A DNA stretch of 32,000 nucleotides from assembly GCA_934691225.1 (NCBI GenBank), contig CAKUSQ010000001.1:210001-242000 (forward strand), given 5' to 3'. Positions 24,752 through 32,000 of the stretch are shown here, in pieces. Numbering within the stretch: the first letter of the stretch is position 1; each line of letters begins with the position of its first letter. This stretch comes from an uncultured Opitutales bacterium. Lineage in GTDB: Bacteria; Verrucomicrobiota; Verrucomicrobiia; Opitutales; UBA9783. The notes beneath the pieces were generated by a model. It ran no database searches, was not told where the DNA came from, and saw only the letters and a program-made list of their open reading frames with translations. A program made the position numbers and the translations under genes.

Positions 24752-24787
24752 AAAACAAAAAAACTCCAAAGTAAACATACCTTAGAG
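24752..24787 (-). terminator. rho-independent terminator of the secretion operon
   Basis: Minus strand: CTCTAAGG-TATGTTTA-CTTTGGAG followed by TTTTTTTGTTTT. Its two G-U pairs would be C-A mismatches on the plus strand, so the hairpin is strand-specific. Confidence 0.55.
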
Positions 24788-24808
24788 CTTTCATTTAAGT
24801 TATTGTAT

Positions 24809-26023
24809 TTATATCTTTATTGAACTACTAAATTGCATAATACTGGAAACAATTCCTAAAGCTAATATGCTTACCATAAAAAATGCAAAACCAAGTGCAC
24901 ATGAAGTAATCCCATTCGTCAACTTATTGAAACGTTCATCCAACTCTTGATTATGCAAATAATACACTTCTTTAAAACTATCTTGGATATTACCAACACT
25001 TTCACCTACCATAAGGATATCCAGTGCCAAATCGGTAAAAAGTGACATACCCTTGGTTTTAAATGCCATCGTTAAAGCAACACCATCGTTAATCTTCCCA
25101 CGAGCTTCTTGATATTGCTGCCGAAAATAAGTATTTTTAATGGAACGCTCTGTTAAACGCATCGCTTCGGTTAAATTGACACCACTTCCTAACAAGGTAG
25201 CCAATAAATTTGAAACACGACAAATCTCAACATAACGTAAAATAGAACCTAACAAAGGCATTTTTAGCAAAAAAGTATCTACCTTAAGCAATCCTTGGGC
25301 TGATTTTTTACACCATTGTTGGATCACCAAATAAAATACAGCCGAACCTATAAAAACGATTGGAAGACCATACAATAAGACATTAGAGAATCCTATTAAA
25401 ATCTTGGCTGGTAAAGTCAAACCACCTCCCATAGAAGTTAACATGCCTTCAATTCGTGGTAATAAGAAAAACAAGAAAAAAGCAACCACACCGATAGCCA
25501 CCAGAGAAACAACAACTGGATAGGCCATACCAGCAACAATTTTCTTCTTTAATTGTTCGCGTTCAGATAATAAACGAATGATTTCTGTTAACACTGGAGC
25601 TAAATTTCCGGTAGCTTCTGCAGCTTCAATAGGACAAACAATATCATCATTAAAAACATTCGGATAATTTTTAAGCGCTGCCCCTAAACTCTTACCTTCA
25701 CTTAACTCACGCCATAAAACGACGGATAAGTCCCTTAATTTAGGATCTTGGATTCGCGTTTGTAAAATTTTAAGTGTATCACCCAAAGGTAACCCTGCAC
25801 CATGCAACTGCAATAAACGTTTTAAAAAAGGTAAAGCAACTTTGGACGTTAACTTTTTTACATTATCTTGCTGCTGATCCTTTGAACTATCGCGTCCGAC
25901 CAATGTTAAAATCGAAGCCTGAATCCCTTGCCTTGCCAACAAACTCAAAGCTTGCTTCTTATTTTCAGCAAAAATAGTACCTTCTTTGCTACTTCCAGCT
26001 ACCTTATATTTAAACTTCAACAT
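24809..26023 (-). CDS. gspF: type II secretion / type IV pilus inner-membrane platform protein (GspF/PilC family)
   Basis: I prefer the ATG at 26023 (MLKFKYKVAGSSKEGTIFAENKKQALSLLARQGI is a typical GspF/PilC N-terminus), 7 nt after the gspE stop. Two repeated cytoplasmic domains and three TM segments. Confidence 0.85.
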   Translation of the reverse strand: MLKFKYKVAGSSKEGTIFAENKKQALSLLARQGIQASILTLVGRDSSKDQQQDNVKKLTSKVALPFLKRLLQLHGAGLPLGDTLKILQTRIQDPKLRDLSVVLWRELSEGKSLGAALKNYPNVFNDDIVCPIEAAEATGNLAPVLTEIIRLLSEREQLKKKIVAGMAYPVVVSLVAIGVVAFFLFFLLPRIEGMLTSMGGGLTLPAKILIGFSNVLLYGLPIVFIGSAVFYLVIQQWCKKSAQGLLKVDTFLLKMPLLGSILRYVEICRVSNLLATLLGSGVNLTEAMRLTERSIKNTYFRQQYQEARGKINDGVALTMAFKTKGMSLFTDLALDILMVGESVGNIQDSFKEVYYLHNQELDERFNKLTNGITSCALGFAFFMVSILALGIVSSIMQFSSSIKI

Positions 26024-26030
26024 AACCTGC

Positions 26031-27743
26031 CTATTGTTCCGCGGAAGTTTCCGATAAATCCACAGCTGCAAATCTTAACAACGCGCTCCAACTTGTAAGC
26101 CCACGTTTAACCTGCTCCCAACCGTTTTGGTAAAGCGTCCGCATACCTTCTTCAACCGCAATCTTTTTGATATTAAACGCAGATTCTTTTCTAAGAATAG
26201 CTTCATGAATTCGATCTGAAACACTTAACAATTCAAAAATTCCAACACGCCCTTTATACCCTGTATTACCACATTGGTCACACCCAACAGGCTCACGCAT
26301 CAAATGAGCATACTGAATTTCGGAGGCAGGAATCCCTAATTGAGCCATTTGCTCCTCTAACTTCTTTGCGTCTATTTCACAAGCTTTGCAACAATGTGGA
26401 CATAATTTACGAATCAAACGCTGAGCTAAAATTAATTCAACCGAAGAAGTAACCAAAAAAGGTTCAATTCCCATATCCACTAAGCGCGTCAAACCACCTG
26501 CAGCATCGTTTGTATGCAATGAACTCAAAACCAAGTGCCCTGTTAATGAAGCTCTAATAGCGATATCCGCAGTTTCACGATCTCGAATTTCTCCAATCAT
26601 AACAACATCAGGATCTTGACGCAAAATATGACGCAAAGCACTTGCAAACGTAAAACCAATCTCACTGTGCACCTGCGATTGATTTACACCATCAATTTCA
26701 TATTCTATCGGATCTTCAACAGTAATGATGCGCCGCTCAGGCGTACGAATACGACGCACGAAAGCACTTAACGAAGTAGACTTACCGGATCCTGTAGGAC
26801 CTGTAACTAAAATAATTCCATGCGGTTTATGTATGTTTTGATCAATAACTTTGAGATCTTCATGCAACAAACCCAATTCTTCTAAAGTAACAGGACGATT
26901 ACCTTGGCTCAACAATCGTAAGCTGACACTTTCACCGTACATCGTTGGCAATGTAGATAAACGTATATCCAATTCGATAGGTCCCGATGTAAATCGAATG
27001 CGACCATCCTGCGGACGACGCTTTTCAGAAATATTCAAACGAGCCATAATTTTCAAACGCGAAATAATTGCTGCTTGCAATTTCACCAAGTTATCTGGCA
27101 GTTTAACAGGAACCAACTGACCATCAATTCTGTATCGAATTTGAATAGAATTCTTCTGAGGTTCAAAATGAATATCTGTTGCACGATCTGCTACAGCTTT
27201 AACAACAATTTCATTTACAAAACGAATAATAGCAGCGTCTTCATCCTCTTCAACGTTCTCTTCGCTCGTTTCAACTTCGCTCAGTTCATCATCCAAACTA
27301 TCGGAACCCACCCCAAAATTTTGAATAATGGTATTGGCTACATTGCGCGCGTACGTCAGGTACCAAATAACAGGCCGTCCACAAGAAATCTCAATCCAAC
27401 GAATCATTTCATCGCTCGGAGGCCAAACGGTCACTAAATGCAAACAATTTGGATTTAAATTATTTTTCAAATCAATGGGTAAACATTGATATTCATGGAT
27501 CAACCTCAATGGAATGCACTGCTCTGCGTTGCTCAAAACTGAGAAATTTTCCAAAAATGCAAGGCCACAATCCGTAGCAACTTGGTGACAAATGGAATCT
27601 TCCGAACGATCGAGCAGGCTTGCTAATCTCTGCATGCGCTCGTAAGGCGGCAATTTCAGAATTTCCTCTTGTTGTTCCTTATCTAAATGCTCAAAAAGAC
27701 TAGGGATACGAACTCGATAACTGCTTAAAGGATTTATTGCCAT
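26031..27743 (-). CDS. gspE: type II secretion / type IV pilus assembly ATPase (GspE/PilB family)
   Basis: Walker A GPTGSGKST, Asp/Walker B region DPDVVMIGEIRD, His box GHLVLSSLHTND, and tetracysteine CPHCCKAC...CDQCGNTGYKGR. Confidence 0.92.
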   Translation of the reverse strand: MAINPLSSYRVRIPSLFEHLDKEQQEEILKLPPYERMQRLASLLDRSEDSICHQVATDCGLAFLENFSVLSNAEQCIPLRLIHEYQCLPIDLKNNLNPNCLHLVTVWPPSDEMIRWIEISCGRPVIWYLTYARNVANTIIQNFGVGSDSLDDELSEVETSEENVEEDEDAAIIRFVNEIVVKAVADRATDIHFEPQKNSIQIRYRIDGQLVPVKLPDNLVKLQAAIISRLKIMARLNISEKRRPQDGRIRFTSGPIELDIRLSTLPTMYGESVSLRLLSQGNRPVTLEELGLLHEDLKVIDQNIHKPHGIILVTGPTGSGKSTSLSAFVRRIRTPERRIITVEDPIEYEIDGVNQSQVHSEIGFTFASALRHILRQDPDVVMIGEIRDRETADIAIRASLTGHLVLSSLHTNDAAGGLTRLVDMGIEPFLVTSSVELILAQRLIRKLCPHCCKACEIDAKKLEEQMAQLGIPASEIQYAHLMREPVGCDQCGNTGYKGRVGIFELLSVSDRIHEAILRKESAFNIKKIAVEEGMRTLYQNGWEQVKRGLTSWSALLRFAAVDLSETSAEQ

Positions 27744-27748
27744 AAATA

Positions 27749-28324
27749 TTACTTTCTATTATCCCAATCATCTGGCATATCTTCATCATCCAAATCATCT
27801 AACATTGATGCCCAATTGGAAGCACTGCCATAGCCCAAAGATGAATTTTTATTTCCTTCTAAATTAGGCTCTACCTGTGTGATACGAACCAAATTACCAT
27901 TGATTGCATCCTGTACAATTAGTACTCGATCAATGGGCAAAAAATTCCAGTAGGTAATTCCGAATTTACCATCATTTTTTGAAGGTTCTGATGACAACCA
28001 AAATTCCTGCCCTAACGTCTTCTCTTTCAAGCCAAACTCTAGGTGATCCGAATATTTTACGACGCTAAAAAATTCGAAATTAGAAGCTTCAACTGAAGTT
28101 AAACTATCCACACCTCGTTCTGACGTTTTAAAAGGCACAAAAGGATTGTTACTTTTCAAGTTAGCCGACATTTTTTCAATTTCAATCGGTTTAGGATTTT
28201 CTGTTACTTCCACAGTCACAGTGGCAGTTTCATTAGAAACTAACTCAGGATTTGTAGAAGATTCAGATGCAAATACATTTCCAACCCCAATTGAAACTAT
28301 CATATTAAATAATAAACGTTTCAT
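27749..28324 (-). CDS. secreted/periplasmic protein, possibly PilP/GspC-HR-like, with an acidic C-terminal tail
   Basis: 191 aa with a signal peptide. NNPFVPF motif followed by a beta-rich segment (FEFFSVVKYSDHLEFGLKEK...LIVQDAINGNLVRITQ), reminiscent of PilP/GspC homology regions. The ATG overlaps the gspD stop (ATGA at 28321-28324). The assignment is tentative. Confidence 0.4.
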   Translation of the reverse strand: MKRLLFNMIVSIGVGNVFASESSTNPELVSNETATVTVEVTENPKPIEIEKMSANLKSNNPFVPFKTSERGVDSLTSVEASNFEFFSVVKYSDHLEFGLKEKTLGQEFWLSSEPSKNDGKFGITYWNFLPIDRVLIVQDAINGNLVRITQVEPNLEGNKNSSLGYGSASNWASMLDDLDDEDMPDDWDNRK

Positions 28325-30501
28325 TTATTCGACTGATCTATGGATTTTTGTTGACGTAAACGTGCACGTTTCCCATGTAAAGTAGCTTTTTTATTAAGCT
28401 GGGCTGAACGTCCTTTTTTAGGTGTAAATATGCTCTTTTTTGAAAAACGTCCATCGTTTTTATAAGCATCTACTTCTTCCTTCAACACAGGTTCTAAATG
28501 ACTATTAAACGTTTCTGTATCTGATTGTGCTGTTTCTTCATTAGCCAATAGGAAAGGACGTATGAAAATAATCAATTCTTTAACAACCTCTTCCTTTGTT
28601 GTGCCACTAAATAACGCATTTCCAACCAACGGAATATCACCTAAGAGAAACATTTTCTTTTGTTGATCTATAACTTCTTTTTGCTTTAATCCTCCCAAGA
28701 CCAACATCTCTCCTGATTTAACTGAAATAAAAGATTTAGCTTCACGACGATTGATATGCGGCAAAGCAGCTCGACTTCCTGCTAAAGCAGTTGTTTCTGT
28801 TGTAAAATTATCCACTTTTTGATCAATTTCCAACTGTATAACACCATTTAAACCAATTAAAGGTTTAACAACTAACTCAATACCTGCATCCACTTTTTCA
28901 ATGGTCGAGTTAGAAACATCAGGATCACTAGTAGTAGCACCAGCTTTCGTTTGTATACTGCTAAAATAAGGACGTGTTTCTGTAATCTTTAAGGTTGCTT
29001 CCCTAGCATGCGTTGTCAATAACGTAGGAGATGATAAAATAGATATGTTATTATCCATTTTAGCTGTATTAAGTACAGAATCCATATTAATTAAAGGAAG
29101 TTTTAATTTGGATATTTTTAGCCCCGATGTGCCTGAGGATAAAGCAGATGTTGTAATATTTCCAAACGTATGACTTGTTTTGTAAGGGCCATCAGGTAAT
29201 CTAGCATCACCATTATATCCCCTTGAAACGCTATATCCAAAGCTCTCTAAACCACTTGCCTGCCCTTTGGTTAATTTAACTTCAGCAATGATAACTTCTA
29301 TACGCACTTGCGGAAGAATAACATCCAACTGCTTAACCAATTGTTCAACTTGGCGGATATCTGAAGGCGTTCCATAAACAACAATTGCATTCAAACGTTC
29401 ATCGCATTCAATACTCAACTGTTTGCTAAATGTATTTGCATTGTTGGAAGTTGCAGAATTTTCAGTTCCTGTTTGCATCTGCTGCTGCATTAACTTTTTA
29501 ACCAATTCTGTCATTTCTTTGCAAGAACCATGTTGAATTCTAAACACATGATGTTGAATTAAAGGATCTACATTGACATCATATTTTTCAACAAACTGAT
29601 GAATTAATGGTTCATTGCCTTTTGGAGTAATAACAATAAACAAATTTGTATCCTTATCGGCAGCAAAACTCGTATTACCCAATAAATAACACTTCAAAGC
29701 TCCCTGTTGTAATCCTTCAAAATTCTTTTTCAAACTTTCTGCACTTGTATTTTTAGGATTAAAGAACAAAATCGACTCTTGAACATCCCCTACTTTATCA
29801 ATTCGACTAAAAATTTTATCTAATTGCTGAAGATTACTTACATAATCTGTAACAAATAAACTATTTGCTTTATCCAAAGTCACAATCGATGAAGATAATG
29901 GTGTTAACCATGGCGTAATAATACGGGCAGCTTCCCGAGCTGTCAGATTATTTACACGAAATAAACAACAACAAATTTCTTGGCTTCCAGCATGTGCTTT
30001 TAAATCCTCTCTCTTTATGATTTCTGGCGAACTGTTCTTCGCACGATTTAAAGGAATAATACGCAAAGCCTTATCGTTCAAAGGTGTCACACCAATTCCA
30101 TTGGCCGATAATACGCTCTTTAAAACCGAAATAGCTTCTTCACGCGACAATGGCATCGGTATATTTAGGTTAAAAGTCGCTTTAGGCAAATTACTTCCAA
30201 TCACTAAAATGCGATCCGTCCACTTTTCAAGTAACGATAAAACTTGCTGCAAGGATTCGTTTACTAATGTCAGCGAATCAATAAATGCAGGCTCATTTTT
30301 TACTTCAAAATTCGACTGCATCAATGGCATATTATCAACCTGTGCAGCACTTTCTGTTAATACAATATTTGAATTTTCATCCACATTTGTGTCGCCTTCT
30401 CCACTCGCATTAGACGACGATGTAGGCTGAACAACTTCTGCACCAATGAATAAAGAACTCATTAGAGCTGTTGTAATAACAAACGGTTTCATTACCTTCA
30501 T
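28321..30501 (-). CDS. gspD: type II secretion system secretin GspD, copy 1
   Basis: N0/N1-type domains (LQQVLSLLEKWTDRILVIG..., AISVLKSVLSANGIGV...). Secretin domain GEMLVLGGLKQKEVIDQQKKMFLLGDIPLVGNALFSG...ELIIFIRP. The track start at 30522 is GTG and overlaps the upstream gene. The ATG at 30501 gives the signal peptide MKVMKPFVITTALMSSLFIGA. Confidence 0.88.
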   Translation of the reverse strand: MKVMKPFVITTALMSSLFIGAEVVQPTSSSNASGEGDTNVDENSNIVLTESAAQVDNMPLMQSNFEVKNEPAFIDSLTLVNESLQQVLSLLEKWTDRILVIGSNLPKATFNLNIPMPLSREEAISVLKSVLSANGIGVTPLNDKALRIIPLNRAKNSSPEIIKREDLKAHAGSQEICCCLFRVNNLTAREAARIITPWLTPLSSSIVTLDKANSLFVTDYVSNLQQLDKIFSRIDKVGDVQESILFFNPKNTSAESLKKNFEGLQQGALKCYLLGNTSFAADKDTNLFIVITPKGNEPLIHQFVEKYDVNVDPLIQHHVFRIQHGSCKEMTELVKKLMQQQMQTGTENSATSNNANTFSKQLSIECDERLNAIVVYGTPSDIRQVEQLVKQLDVILPQVRIEVIIAEVKLTKGQASGLESFGYSVSRGYNGDARLPDGPYKTSHTFGNITTSALSSGTSGLKISKLKLPLINMDSVLNTAKMDNNISILSSPTLLTTHAREATLKITETRPYFSSIQTKAGATTSDPDVSNSTIEKVDAGIELVVKPLIGLNGVIQLEIDQKVDNFTTETTALAGSRAALPHINRREAKSFISVKSGEMLVLGGLKQKEVIDQQKKMFLLGDIPLVGNALFSGTTKEEVVKELIIFIRPFLLANEETAQSDTETFNSHLEPVLKEEVDAYKNDGRFSKKSIFTPKKGRSAQLNKKATLHGKRARLRQQKSIDQSNK

Positions 30502-30511
30502 AGATGTATTT

Positions 30512-31069
30512 TTATTTTTCACGAGTAATATCTTTCAATTGTAAAGCGCTTAAAGAAAAGTCCACTTCAAGCAATTCAGGGTTAAAAAGATTAGCATGTA
30601 ATTTAACTTTTTCTAAACTTAAATAAGGTTTTTTAGCATAAACATCTTCCTCAAAACGTATCAAAGCATCCATCGAAGCATTTTCACAGTGCAACTGCAA
30701 CGTGTGTGCATTAAAAATATCCCCTCGACGTGTCCTTGGCGAAGTCATCGAATAATTCAAGTCATACACACGAATAATGTTTTCAACTTCACCAGCGAAT
30801 GTAGCACCTGAAAGTGTCTTCTTAGGATCCATAATGTCTAACATTTTATCAAGATTAGCATTAATTATAGATTCATTTTTAATCCAAAAATTAAGATTTT
30901 TCAACTTCGCACTTACTAACTTCCAATTTTGTATAAGCGTCTTAGTTTGATGGCAACAACTGCTCAGCCACACAAGCATAAAAGAAACAGTAAAAAGCAA
31001 CAATAAAAACTTTTCTCGATAATTCAGCTTTAAAAAACGGTTGTGTAAACTTTTAAACCACTGCTTCAT
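30512..31069 (-). CDS. bitopic inner-membrane assembly protein (GspM/PilO-like)
   Basis: 185 aa. Short cytoplasmic N-terminus, one TM (FLLLLFTVSFMLVWL), and a periplasmic domain of about 140 aa. Position and size fit GspM/PilO. The ATG overlaps the upstream stop (ATGA at 31066-31069). Confidence 0.45.
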   Translation of the reverse strand: MKQWFKSLHNRFLKLNYREKFLLLLFTVSFMLVWLSSCCHQTKTLIQNWKLVSAKLKNLNFWIKNESIINANLDKMLDIMDPKKTLSGATFAGEVENIIRVYDLNYSMTSPRTRRGDIFNAHTLQLHCENASMDALIRFEEDVYAKKPYLSLEKVKLHANLFNPELLEVDFSLSALQLKDITREK

Positions 31070-32000
31070 AAAACCTCCTTTAAATTTAGAAAATAAGCCG
31101 GTTGTTTCTCTTTAAAATCACAAGACAATTTAAACTTCGTTCCTAAATTTGAAGCATTGATATTATCGACGGTAACCGCTTCAAATAAACCGCTTTCCTG
31201 TAACGATTGTACATAATCATCGACAGACATCGCATTTTCAGCAACCGCTTCCACTATGATATTATGCGCATTATCGATTATAGCACTCGAAAAATAAATG
31301 CTCTTGGGACGAAATGAGTTCAACAATCCTAAAAGCTCGAAAGGCCGAACTTCTTGCTCCACAATCGTCTGCATTTGTCGAACCAAAAAATCTTTATTTT
31401 CTATTTTTTGTGCCGCTGGCGACAAACGATGAGTTGCACGTTTTTTAACCGCCAACCCCAAATTACCTAATCCTAAAATGCATTGAAAAAGCAACGTCAT
31501 TAGCAAACCAAGACTTGCCCATTTCATTCCAATTCTAGATATCCAGGCCCAATATTTCTGCTTTTTGAGTCCTTGTAATAATTCTTTGCTTCGAATGTCT
31601 GCCATCCATATACATTGAGAAGGAATGGATTGCGTTACCTCTTCTACCGATTCTTGTCCTTCAACACGAATCGTCAGATCACACTTATATTCAAATGCAT
31701 ATTTTTCATATACATCCTTCAATTCTACACGACGCAACGGCAAAGAAAGATATTTTTCTGGCAGCTGAGCCCTTATCGATGCAAAATCATCTGAATCTGA
31801 CTTCAAAAATAAGGACGGCATACCGTCAATAATCACAGAAATAGCTCCATGATGACTAAACATACAAACTTCTGAAGGTTTTGCAAATAACAACCCTAAA
31901 GCACTATGAGGAAACGCATGTCGTGTATTATTAATATCACCTTCAAGAGCTTGAATTCTATCTTTCACCCCAGCAAACCAAACAAATGTGTTACTAGCAT
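31066..32000 (-). CDS. GspL / PilM-PilN-like assembly protein, 5' end outside the window
   Basis: The frame stays open upstream of the GTG at 31968 to the window edge. Cytoplasmic N-domain, central TM (WASLGLLMTLLFQCILGLGNLGLAV), and a PilN/GspL-like periplasmic C-domain (LLGLLNSFRPKSIYFSSAIID...YVQSLQESGLFEAVTV). Confidence 0.5.
   Translation of the reverse strand, partial: ASNTFVWFAGVKDRIQALEGDINNTRHAFPHSALGLLFAKPSEVCMFSHHGAISVIIDGMPSLFLKSDSDDFASIRAQLPEKYLSLPLRRVELKDVYEKYAFEYKCDLTIRVEGQESVEEVTQSIPSQCIWMADIRSKELLQGLKKQKYWAWISRIGMKWASLGLLMTLLFQCILGLGNLGLAVKKRATHRLSPAAQKIENKDFLVRQMQTIVEQEVRPFELLGLLNSFRPKSIYFSSAIIDNAHNIIVEAVAENAMSVDDYVQSLQESGLFEAVTVDNINASNLGTKFKLSCDFKEKQPAYFLNLKEVL

Noticed and set aside
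1-32000. Mobile elements, prophage or genomic-island signatures, or CRISPR arrays near the three tRNA genes
   Set aside because: I found no integrase or transposase ORF, no direct repeats of tRNA 3' ends, and no spaced repeat array. The genes flanking the tRNAs are housekeeping.

Overview
AT-rich chromosomal window from a diderm bacterium. The gene content (several secretins, a prepilin-type protein, a Wzy_C+TPR membrane protein, many starts without a Shine-Dalgarno) looks like a PVC-type or similarly deep lineage, but I cannot assign a taxon without a database search. Most of the window is housekeeping: a probable rpmF-plsX-fabH-TPR lipoprotein-exbB-exbD unit, tRNA-Pro, ruvC, a LysM lipoprotein, thrS, tRNA-Leu(TAA), a NUDIX hydrolase, dnaE, acpS, prfB, tRNA-Leu(GAG), serS and an FKBP/Mip-type PPIase. 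Two secretin loci stand out. (1) 15995-19921 is a compact prepilin - secretin - unknown 524-aa bitopic protein operon with no ATPase or platform gene. (2) 24809-32000 is an L/N-like - M/O-like - GspD - P/C-like - GspE - GspF operon with no pilin gene. Other notable items are a secreted Cys/Tyr/Asp-rich tandem-repeat protein (10865-11602) and a roughly 200-nt rod-like structured element with its own promoter-like signal, lying between two convergent terminators (24546-24746). I found no transposase, integrase, CRISPR array or rRNA. Product calls come from motifs I recognise in the ORF-track translations. No homology search was run. Starts were refined by checking start codons and overlaps in the sequence.
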